In this document: positions 1-9,500 of the stretch, piece by piece
Layout of the letters: each line of letters starts with the position of its first letter
Numbering within the stretch: position 1 is the stretch's first letter
DNA from: Escherichia coli O157:H7 str. 2011EL-2287
GTDB lineage: Bacteria; Pseudomonadota; Gammaproteobacteria; Enterobacterales; Enterobacteriaceae
Length of the DNA: 64,000 nucleotides
Reading direction: 5' to 3' (one strand)
Assembly (NCBI GenBank): GCA_000614405.2
Contig: GCA_000614405.2_3612.1
Program-made: the position numbers and the translations under genes
Notes under the pieces: generated by a model
Databases searched by the model: none
What the model saw: only the letters and a program-made list of their open reading frames with translations
What the model was told of the DNA's origin: nothing

Positions 1-2
1 TG

Positions 3-1373
3 GACCAGAACAACAATATGATGGGTGTTGATCCTCGACAGGTGAGAAGGATTTTAATACCGCTTATGCCTAAAGATTGGGTAAGCAATAGCACAAACCC
101 AAGAACGGAAAATGTAGAGTGTGAGTTGCGCCTAGATCTGCTTCAGCCAGACACAGGCTGGAAAATGATGCAACTTAACAATATTCAGGTGAAAGAACAC
201 GACGTTGGGATCTGCACAGCATATGACGATATGTGGAACGTGTCTCCTTTAAGGGTGTTGAACAATATCAAGCGTCTGGGCTATACCGGAACCATAAACC
301 ACTATGTTGGTATGAGTCATTATTATGACTACACATGGTCAGGAACCCAATGGTCTATAAACAGAACAGGGGCGCTAAACGCTGCAGCTTATAAATGGCA
401 TGATGATTTTATGTACAATGCCAAACGACATAACTTCGACGTTATGCAGTCTGTAAGTTTTGAGCTTTACAGCGATGCCTGCCCGTTGGAATGGACCCAA
501 AGAGACTGGAATGATAACTACGCTAAAACAGGATATACACCTTGTAGCTACCTCCTGTCTCCAACCATTGAAGAGGGTATGAATTTCCTTACGGCAGTAT
601 TTAAGAATTTTGCATCAGCCGCTATGAGAAACAACCTGCCAGTGATTATGCAGGTTGGTGAACCGTGGTGGTGGTTCAATACCGATACTCGTAGACCTTG
701 TATTTATGATTACCCTACAAAACAGGCGTTTTATGATGAGACAGGTGAGTATGCATTAGATATTGGGACTATTGACGATCCTAAAACTGGCGGTGTTTAC
801 GACAAGTATGTAGCATTTTGTCGTGGTAAGCTTGGCGCTCGTATTGCGGCTATTTCAAAGGCAATAAAGGCACACGCTGCATCAGCTCAGATGACAGCTC
901 TGCTGTTTTTCCCAACCATTATGGAAACCGAGCTTACGCAAAAGCTGAACCTTGCTGACCAATATAAAAAAGAAGCAGGTGCTCTTGATTTCTTCTGCAC
1001 CGAGTGCTACGATTGGGTGATGCAGGGAGGTATTGAAAAGGCAAAAGAGTCTGTAAACATACCTATCGTTAAGCTAGGTTGGCAACCGTCTGAAATACAA
1101 TACCTTGCAGGGTTCGTTCCTAGTAAAGAGCTTGCTCCGGTATATGGATACGACCCAACTAGGAATTACCAAGAATTTTTATGGAGATGTATTTGCGGAA
1201 ACATGGCAACTATAGAGTATAGATACCCTGAGGTAAAACAGTATGTGTGGGCATACCCGCAAGTAATGTCTGACAGCATCACTGTTACCGCTAGAGATTC
1301 TACCGTGCTTCATATGGGGCAGGTTGCTCTGAAAGGGTATGTAGAAGATGTTGTCCCGCCAGACTTCTCATAA
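3..1373 (+). CDS. virion structural protein (tail/baseplate-associated), 5'-partial
   Basis: Reading frame is open to the window start; lies directly upstream of the tail-fibre genes; no catalytic motif recognised. Confidence 0.4.
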   Translation, partial: DQNNNMMGVDPRQVRRILIPLMPKDWVSNSTNPRTENVECELRLDLLQPDTGWKMMQLNNIQVKEHDVGICTAYDDMWNVSPLRVLNNIKRLGYTGTINHYVGMSHYYDYTWSGTQWSINRTGALNAAAYKWHDDFMYNAKRHNFDVMQSVSFELYSDACPLEWTQRDWNDNYAKTGYTPCSYLLSPTIEEGMNFLTAVFKNFASAAMRNNLPVIMQVGEPWWWFNTDTRRPCIYDYPTKQAFYDETGEYALDIGTIDDPKTGGVYDKYVAFCRGKLGARIAAISKAIKAHAASAQMTALLFFPTIMETELTQKLNLADQYKKEAGALDFFCTECYDWVMQGGIEKAKESVNIPIVKLGWQPSEIQYLAGFVPSKELAPVYGYDPTRNYQEFLWRCICGNMATIEYRYPEVKQYVWAYPQVMSDSITVTARDSTVLHMGQVALKGYVEDVVPPDFS

Positions 1374-1385
1374 TCAGGAGATAAA

Positions 1386-2426
1386 ATGTCAAAACCTAGT
1401 TTTCCATTAGAGATTTGGGCAGAGGAGGATCAGGTTCTGCCTAACACCCACAGACAGAACAGGCTACGCCCGATTGATGATTTGTGGAGAAAAGGTTGGG
1501 ATCTTGGTCAAAAGCCCTCATGTGAAGAACTTAACTATATTTTCAATATGCTCGGAACTTGGGCAAAATACATTGCTGACGAGCAGATCCCCGCTCAAGA
1601 AGGCCGTTATCTGGTACGTGATAATAACTTGAGTGATCTTTTGAACATCCCTGTTGCCCGTAGAAACCTTGGGATTATTACTAAGGAAGAGGCAGACGCC
1701 AGGTATGTAAAAGTTACAGGTGATACAATGACAGGCCCATTGGGTTTGCAGCGTATCAACTTTAAAGCTGCCGAGACAGATAAGGCTTGGATAGAGACAA
1801 CTATTGGCCCAGATAAGACAACTCTCGACTTTGGGTTAAGTGATAATACTGGGTCGTTTGATGATGGTGGTACATCTACGGTAGATGCGTTTCGTTGGAG
1901 ATTCCAGCCAACTCAGCCGGATATTAATCCAGAGTTCACTTTGATGTACCTTAACGCGATCACGGCTAACCGTGCGCTGTTGAAAGTGGTAGGCAATGTT
2001 GAAGTTGTCGATAACATGAGGTGCAATAACCTTACTATCAGCAATACAGCAACATTCACCAACTGTAATGTGGCTAGTCAGTTGACGACTGGGTCAGTGT
2101 ATGTTAATGGTGGTGCAAGTTGTGACAGTATGGTTGTAAGAAGTCAGCACTGTGTTGTCGGTAACAGAAATGTGGTGCGCTCTGTGAATGGAGTGACGGC
2201 TAACGGTAACGGTGATGTAACAATCACTATCCCGCAGACAGGTGTGCAAGACATCAGAATCGGTGCAAGACTTGTTGACGGCGTTTCTGAATCTCCAATT
2301 CGCAACGGCTACGTTGTCACAGGCTGGCATTTCGGTGACAAAAAAGAGATGCGTGGTTCAACCTACTGGGCAGGACCTTTACAAAAACTTGTAAATGGTC
2401 AATGGATCACTGTTAATTATGCATAG
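1386..2426 (+). CDS. tail fibre protein, paralog 1
   Basis: NLSDL..ARRNLG and GDTMTG tail-fibre motifs; C-terminus LQKLVNGQWITVNYA shared with ORF 3441-4484; AGGAGA RBS. Confidence 0.7.
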   Translation: MSKPSFPLEIWAEEDQVLPNTHRQNRLRPIDDLWRKGWDLGQKPSCEELNYIFNMLGTWAKYIADEQIPAQEGRYLVRDNNLSDLLNIPVARRNLGIITKEEADARYVKVTGDTMTGPLGLQRINFKAAETDKAWIETTIGPDKTTLDFGLSDNTGSFDDGGTSTVDAFRWRFQPTQPDINPEFTLMYLNAITANRALLKVVGNVEVVDNMRCNNLTISNTATFTNCNVASQLTTGSVYVNGGASCDSMVVRSQHCVVGNRNVVRSVNGVTANGNGDVTITIPQTGVQDIRIGARLVDGVSESPIRNGYVVTGWHFGDKKEMRGSTYWAGPLQKLVNGQWITVNYA

Positions 2427-2440
2427 ATCGGAGGACTAGC

Positions 2441-3025
2441 ATGAAAATACTTCAAGAGTTTAAACTTTACCAACCGGGATCTGGCGAATACCACTCCAAC
2501 AAGGAAACCAAGGAGCTGACCCCTCAAGAGGTTGAGGATTACACCGCATACACTGGGTATTTTTTACGTAATGATGATGGCGATTGGTATGTGCAGTCAC
2601 GAACATTACGACAAGAAAATCCGGGTTGTATCTTCCTACTTGTTGACGAGAAGGGAATTCTTAAGACATCTACAGAAGAACCTGATGCCTTATGGCCTGC
2701 TCCAGGTCTTCGTGTGGTTATCGCCAAAAAAGAAGAGGTACCAGAAAACATTATGCTTCACCACGACGCTTTGCGTTTAGTTGGTGATGAATTTGTCACA
2801 GATAATGAATTCTTTGTTCAACAGGCAGAGGGTGTCATAGAGACAGAACTTGCTTGGGCTACTGCTAGAATTGGTGCCTATCAAGACATGATTGACCTTG
2901 AATATGATCTTACTGATGACCAGAAACGTAACATCAGAGATTTGAAAATGTACAGGGTAAAACTTCTTGAAATAGATACATCTAAAGCCCCTGACATTTT
3001 CTTCCCGGAGCGACCTACCCTCTAA
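2441..3025 (+). CDS. tfa: tail fibre assembly chaperone (Tfa-like)
   Basis: C-terminal KMYRVKLLEIDTSKAPDIFFPERP matches the Tfa signature (YRVxLxxVDxSxAPDIxWPxxP); immediately downstream of a tail fibre gene. Confidence 0.75.
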   Translation: MKILQEFKLYQPGSGEYHSNKETKELTPQEVEDYTAYTGYFLRNDDGDWYVQSRTLRQENPGCIFLLVDEKGILKTSTEEPDALWPAPGLRVVIAKKEEVPENIMLHHDALRLVGDEFVTDNEFFVQQAEGVIETELAWATARIGAYQDMIDLEYDLTDDQKRNIRDLKMYRVKLLEIDTSKAPDIFFPERPTL

Positions 3026-3036
3026 GAGGAGGTGTT

Positions 3037-3351
3037 GTGGAGTTGGATTTGGCGGCATTGTACGGTATCTGCATGGGTACCGTTGTCCCGATCTGTGTAT
3101 GGGCTTTCAACCAGTGGCACACCAAATGGAAAGGCATTTCCAAGAGGTTGGATGAACTGGAGAAAGACCTCATCTTAGTGAAAAACAGTATGGTTACAAA
3201 AGATAAACTTGATTCCGTTATCGAGACCCGGTTAAGCAAGCTAGAGGCCGATATTAACGACCTTAAGCAGGATGTCAGGACAGATGTCTCCGGTATCCGA
3301 GCTGATGTACAAAAGATTTTGCACATGCTCGTAGAGCATAGTAAAAGGTAA
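3037..3351 (+). CDS. membrane-anchored coiled-coil protein
   Basis: N-terminal hydrophobic segment then charged heptad-like region; RBS GAGGAGG upstream. Confidence 0.4.
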   Translation: MELDLAALYGICMGTVVPICVWAFNQWHTKWKGISKRLDELEKDLILVKNSMVTKDKLDSVIETRLSKLEADINDLKQDVRTDVSGIRADVQKILHMLVEHSKR

Positions 3352-3440
3352 ACAAAGGTCAGAACGGAAAGGACTCCGTTCTTGCATTTTGTTCTCTAAA
3401 GTGTTAAAATAGTCCTAAGGAATTTTCTCAGGAGAACGCG

Positions 3441-4484
3441 ATGACTAAACCAGTTATCCCTCTTGATATTTGGGCCAATCAGGATGTTGTGCTTGAAAAT
3501 ACGGGAGAGTTGAATAAGTCTCAACCAAAAAAAGAAGAGAGATTGAAAGGTTGGGATATGACACAAAGAGTGGCATGTGAAGTTGTTAACTTTGAACTTC
3601 ACATGCTTTCTGCGTGGTTAAAGCATCTAACAGAAGATGTTGTCCCAGGATGGGATAATAGATTCTTAAGGGTCACTAATAATCTAGCAGACGTTCCAGA
3701 CAAAGCTGCTGCACGTCAAGTTCTCAATGTATACTCGCCTGAAGAAATGGACGATCTGTATGTTGACAAGTCTGGAGACATAATGACTCAGACTCAAACT
3801 TTAGGTCTTCAAAGAATCGAGTTTGCATCTGCGTCAACAGACAATGCGGCAATATATACCACCATAACTCCAGACAAGACGACGATGGATTTCTGGATTA
3901 TGGACAACATCGGTGGTGCTGACGGCACAGACCTTGATGATCCTTCTCACCAAATAGACGGGTTCCGTTGGAGATTTCAACCTTCTGGTGGGCAGCCTGT
4001 GTTTTCGGCTATGAAGCTCAATGCTATAACTGCCAACCGTGCAAGACTGGCCATCCAAGGAAATCTTGAATGCAACGATGCAAAAAGTTCCTCTGCAAAT
4101 GCCAATGCGGTCACGATACCAAGAGCCACTGTTAACGGACAACAATCCTGCGGAAGCGCTCAAATAGGTGGAAGAGTTGATTGTAACGATGAAACAGTCA
4201 GGGGTCAATATGCAACAGTTGGTGGAAGAAACGTGGTCCGCAGGGTAAATGGTAACGGCGCAGACAGTAGTGGTAACCTTACTATCCCTATGCCCAGCAG
4301 AGGGGTTGATGATGTAAGGATAGCAAACCGTTTCAAAACCACCTACAGAGAGTCAAGAGTCTACCCTGGACATGTGATGTGCTCTGGTAACTACGCTTAT
4401 AAACACCCTTATCAAGGTGATTACTGGACAGGTGCTATCCAAAAACTTGTAAATGGTCAATGGATCACTATATCTTATGCTTAA
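3441..4484 (+). CDS. tail fibre protein, paralog 2
   Basis: N-terminus and C-terminus (AIQKLVNGQWITISYA) parallel ORF 1386-2426; NNLADV..AARQVLN and GDIMTQ motifs; divergent central region. Confidence 0.7.
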   Translation: MTKPVIPLDIWANQDVVLENTGELNKSQPKKEERLKGWDMTQRVACEVVNFELHMLSAWLKHLTEDVVPGWDNRFLRVTNNLADVPDKAAARQVLNVYSPEEMDDLYVDKSGDIMTQTQTLGLQRIEFASASTDNAAIYTTITPDKTTMDFWIMDNIGGADGTDLDDPSHQIDGFRWRFQPSGGQPVFSAMKLNAITANRARLAIQGNLECNDAKSSSANANAVTIPRATVNGQQSCGSAQIGGRVDCNDETVRGQYATVGGRNVVRRVNGNGADSSGNLTIPMPSRGVDDVRIANRFKTTYRESRVYPGHVMCSGNYAYKHPYQGDYWTGAIQKLVNGQWITISYA

Positions 4485-4495
4485 AAAGAGGGTAA

Positions 4496-4762
4496 ATGAA
4501 ACTAACTCAGTTTTTATGGGGACTGGTTGCGGCATCTGATGACCCTACGAAAGTGTCCCAAACTAAGCTATGGTCGAACATAGGCATGGCGGTGATGACT
4601 GGGGTGTTTATTCATATGGGGTATAATGATACGCTTCCTGAATGGTATGCGTGGATATACGCGCCTTCAGTAGCTTGCCCCCAGCTTATTAGCAAATTCA
4701 TCTCGCTCCGGTGGGGTTGCCAGCACCCTGACCACGTTAAAAACGAAGAGCAAAAAGCTTAA
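4496..4762 (+). CDS. hypothetical small hydrophobic protein
   Basis: ORF with hydrophobic core, between tail fibre genes. Confidence 0.35.
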   Translation: MKLTQFLWGLVAASDDPTKVSQTKLWSNIGMAVMTGVFIHMGYNDTLPEWYAWIYAPSVACPQLISKFISLRWGCQHPDHVKNEEQKA

Positions 4763-4771
4763 GGAGAAATC

Positions 4772-6517
4772 ATGGCGCAAGACATGACAAGCTTTGAGCA
4801 GGCGGTAGATCAAGTAATTGTTGATTCTGAACGTTTGCACTTGGTTGTCAACGGTAACGCTGTGGATGAAGTTGTCGTAGAGGATGGGACCACCATCCCT
4901 ACGGTACGAAAAGCCATGCTTGACAACCTTTATTTTAAAACGCCACCGATCCCTTGGGCGTATGGTGCATCCACAACAGTTTTTAACCAGCTGTACGAGT
5001 TTAAAGGGGACACAGGCCCTCAGTGGTGGTACGCTCCCGCAGCATCAAAATCTAACCCGGTTAGAATGCCAGCAGATCCTTCACAATCTCCAAACTGGAG
5101 ATTATATACCGACTCTGCAGTAATGGCAAAATACTACGCAAAACTTAACAGCCCGAGGTTCGAAGGTGACCCACGAGTACCTACACCTCCAATGGACGAT
5201 AAGTCAGAGTCCATAGCAAACACAGAGTTTGTTGTTGACTATGTTGATAGCATATTTAAAGCCATGGAGGGGATGAAAGTTACTGTAGGGTCTTTGGTGG
5301 TAAAAGGTCTTACAGAACTCGCTAACACTATAGTTGGTGGCACCCTTACCTTACATGGACCTGTTAATGGGGCAGATTCTACTGCACGCTTTAGGAATCT
5401 AATCCTCACGGCAAATACTTCTACACTTACTTTTGCGTGGAGCGATCCTAAGCATGCAGACTGGAGAAGTACAGAGCTGCAACCTCATGAAGTGTCCACC
5501 CACAGGGTTATAGCTGACACTATAACTTCTGGGAAACCAGTGGCTAATAATAACGATGTGCATTTTGATGGTCTGGGTAATAACTTTTTTGACTACGTGT
5601 ACATTCGTGGTAATGCCATGAAGGCAGCAACCGAACCGACATTGCAGGTCGATGGGACCACCAGGGTTAAGAACCTTGAGGTGACAGGTACCGTTACAGG
5701 GATAACATACTCTGTCGATGGCACCATGATCTACCCTAGCTATATTGAAAGCACGGGTGATGCATTGATAAATGGCGATTTGGAGGTTGGCGGGTCTGTA
5801 GTTATTCGAGGTACAGCCTCTATCCAAAATATAGCTCTGAATACTCTAAGAGTCAATGAGCGTGCAACTTTTGAAGGAGAAGGGCTTACAGCCAATAAAG
5901 GTACAATTACCGAGCTAACCACCACCACTTTAACTGCAACAACTGCAAACTCTGAAAACTGCAACATTACCAGAAACTTGCAGGTAAATGGAGATGTTAG
6001 TTTAAACGCCGCAGGGACTGGCACCACCCACCTTCACAACCTTGAAATATCCGGCACAGTGACCGGGTGGCTGCCAGACTTCTCTAATGTCAACTTTGTC
6101 TGTAATGGCATTAACTCCAGTGGTAAGATAACCACCTCTCAAGAAATTGAGGCGGGTAAAACCATTACTGCCCCTACTTTCCACGCAGGAAAGGTAGATT
6201 TTGACTTAGAGGAGGTTGACGCGTCCAGTGGGACATGGACACCTAACGGGCAGGCCAGCATGTATGTTGTCCACTCGAAAGGGGATTTTACAATAGGACA
6301 GTGGCCTGGGACATCAGCGGAAGATAAACCTTATCCATTCACTGCAGTTATCTATGTCATTCAGGATGCTGTAGGTCACAACGTGACTTTGCACGATAAG
6401 TATGCTATCCTGTCGGCAACACCTGTTATTAACAACAAGGCTAACAGTGTTACCTTGCTGCAATTAACGTATTGTGGTGTTGGTGATATTGTAGACGTAG
6501 TAATTGCACAACGTTAA
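4772..6517 (+). CDS. beta-rich tail fibre / tail spike-like protein
   Basis: Repetitive Thr/Gly/Val-rich segments (VTGTVTG, TTTTLTATTAN) typical of fibre shafts; located in tail module. Confidence 0.5.
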   Translation: MAQDMTSFEQAVDQVIVDSERLHLVVNGNAVDEVVVEDGTTIPTVRKAMLDNLYFKTPPIPWAYGASTTVFNQLYEFKGDTGPQWWYAPAASKSNPVRMPADPSQSPNWRLYTDSAVMAKYYAKLNSPRFEGDPRVPTPPMDDKSESIANTEFVVDYVDSIFKAMEGMKVTVGSLVVKGLTELANTIVGGTLTLHGPVNGADSTARFRNLILTANTSTLTFAWSDPKHADWRSTELQPHEVSTHRVIADTITSGKPVANNNDVHFDGLGNNFFDYVYIRGNAMKAATEPTLQVDGTTRVKNLEVTGTVTGITYSVDGTMIYPSYIESTGDALINGDLEVGGSVVIRGTASIQNIALNTLRVNERATFEGEGLTANKGTITELTTTTLTATTANSENCNITRNLQVNGDVSLNAAGTGTTHLHNLEISGTVTGWLPDFSNVNFVCNGINSSGKITTSQEIEAGKTITAPTFHAGKVDFDLEEVDASSGTWTPNGQASMYVVHSKGDFTIGQWPGTSAEDKPYPFTAVIYVIQDAVGHNVTLHDKYAILSATPVINNKANSVTLLQLTYCGVGDIVDVVIAQR

Positions 6518-6565
6518 TATATCTAACCGCTCCTGACGGGGCGGTTTTCTTATCTGGAGAACACA

Positions 6566-9500
6566 ATGCTTCCAATCCCTTTGCTAAAACTTGGTCGTCA
6601 TTTCCTCGATAAGAGGGGTGGAATTAAGGAACTTGCTGTTCTGTCATACCCAATAGACAACAGTGATGGTACAAGCAACACAGTATCCTATGTAAATAGC
6701 TTAGCTATACTTTTTGATGATGGTCAGCTTAATATTACTGGCTATAATAGGTTCGGAGAGTGTCGGACTGGAGATCTTGATACAATAAACTATCCTAATG
6801 AGGCAGCTTGGAACGTAGACCATGTTTGGAGAGCTGACCGTGCATTTGTAATCCGCACATTCGATAATAAATTTTTCTATATTGGTTGCACAGCTGGTCT
6901 TATCGGATCGGAGGCAGCAGGTGGAAACGATGTTTGTGTCAGAGAGTGGACACCTTTGCCGGAACAGATCGTAACAGGGTTGCATTTGGACACCCATCCT
7001 GAGAGACTTGTTGAAGTAATGGGTGGCGTAAACAATACAGTGTGGGTAATTGCTGCACCAGAGGCTGATGGTATGCTTCACCTGTACGGCTCTGGCAATA
7101 ATACTTACGGCTCTCTTCATGTTGACAAAAGTCAACACGCTACTCCAGTTAAGATAGGTGAAACATCTGAAAGTCCAGAGACAGGTCCTTGGAAAAATCC
7201 AAGAATTAATTGTGAAGTTCATGACAACTCGGTTATTTTTGGTGGTCCTAACGGATTCTGGATTGCAGGTTATGATTTCTTAAGAAATAACAGCAAAAAC
7301 ACACTAGTTTATCCAGCCGAGCATGTGACTCTTGACCAGTTTAAAGGCATCCCGGTGGGCGAGACATGGAAAGGGTTCATGTGTGGACCTAATGGTGCAA
7401 TTATAGCCACAGAAAGGATGCACAAACCTGATGACCAACAGCTTGTTAATGTGTTTTATGGTCAGGATGTTTGGGGTGACGACACGTGGAGAAGCCTTAA
7501 CATCACCTATACCCATGAAGTAATTATGGCTCGCGGGTACGGGACTAGTGGAATTTTCTTCAATAATGGTACAAAACAGTACCGTGGTTTCTCCAGAAAC
7601 CTGTGTAACGATATTGGTGCTCAATCTGCTAATAATAGTCCTAGGGCCAATTTTATTCATTACAGAGCGCTGGCAACAGCTAAGTTTGTTGAACAGACAG
7701 AGCCAGTAAGCTGGACAGAAAGCGTTTATTTTCAAGGGATCCACAGGGAAGGTTTCTTAGGCACATTCTGTGTGGTAAATGGAAAGCTTTGGTGGTCAGG
7801 AATACCACGTGGTAGTTTTTCAGGATCTAATAACCTCTTTGGCGGCAGACTTAACAGCCAAGGGTTCACAGAGATTCCGGAGAATTGGTATAAAAATGTC
7901 CCGGTAGATAGCTGGGGTATCGAAGACATCTTTGATGTCAATGGTGTGAGCAATGTTAGCAACATTTACATCGGAGATACTGTCAAGATGAAATTGAAAC
8001 CTCAGCCGGAGGGTGCTACGTTCATTATTGACAAGATTGAGTTGGTAAATGCTGCAGGCACTGTTGTTACAGATGCAAACTATCAGTTCTCCACTAACTG
8101 GAACCATGGTGGTGCTAACGAAGTTGTGGTCACCCAGTATAACCGTAACATCAACAGACGTGGTTTGTATTCTATCAAGATCACCTACCATGACAAGCAT
8201 GGCACTGGAAGAACCTATACGACAAGGACTTTGAACTGGAACACTATAGTTCCTGCGTATCCGTCCAACGGCAAGTGGCATACCGTTGGTAGAAACAAGC
8301 AGTTCCATGTTAACGATACTGTATACTTTGGGCTGAATGGGACCCAGCCTGCAGTAGAAGGGGATACATCGTATATGGTCAGACTCCACAGAATGGATGC
8401 TGGATCAGTCACTTATGATGTGACCCAAGAGATCTACGATCAAAGACGCGCCACGTATGACAATATTGTGAAAACACAAGCCTTGTGGGAGTTCAATCCT
8501 AATGGCAAGGGTGGTAAAATGTTGCAGGTTAATGAGCAGAACGGAACGTCGTTGACTGTTCACGAACACCCAGACCCTTGGCCTGATCCTGGAAAACCTC
8601 ACCCGGGAGCTCGTACACTGAAAATTGTCAGCCATGATGCAGGATATTTCGGAATACGCTGGGAAGCTACAGTAAGATATGTCGACGGGACAACAAACAA
8701 CATAGGGATTACACTTGGCGGCACTAGTGAAGATAACTCGCTGAAAATTGCCTACACGCCCAGAGGTATCTCTATTGATAATATGGATGTTGTTCGCAAT
8801 GGCTACGGCGATGTGAATGTCAAAGTTACTCTTGGCGAACATCTTGGTGGGGAAAGGATCATCATGTATGCCTTTGATCATGATCCACGCACCAATGGAA
8901 CTTATGCAAATCAGGCATGGAGTTACCTGATAAATGCACCTGAGCCGAATACTAAAGAGTTCTACTATGGTATGAAGCGAGATGTGTGCAAGAAAACAGG
9001 AACACATGACTGGATTGCTATCTGCGTTAAAGATGAGCGCACAGCTTGGGATGAGCCTGTTAACAGATGGTTCATAGGTATTCCTACCAGAAGTGATAAG
9101 TATGTCGCAGAATATATTGTATGCATGGGCGGTACCAACCTAAACATGTGTTGGAACGAAGATGTAAACAAATACTCTGATTATGACTATATGAGGGATT
9201 ACTCTTGTAATTTGTGGTTTAACCAAACTACAGGTTACCCTCCAAGACAGGCAAGGGTAAATCCTGCAATCTTTACAGATACTCAGGTTTTCTTGACAAA
9301 ACAGGCAAACGAGGTTCAGACCTTCAAGAATAACTATGACCCTAACAAGTGGTTCTATAATTGTTACGGGGCATACTTTTGGGGGCCTGCTGAACTGCCT
9401 GACAGCGGTTCTTGCTTCGAGGCTGCAACCTACGGCAGCGACTATATCATGGGACAGGTCAAGAAGTACAAGATGATCCCAGGGCCTGAAACTTTAGGTA

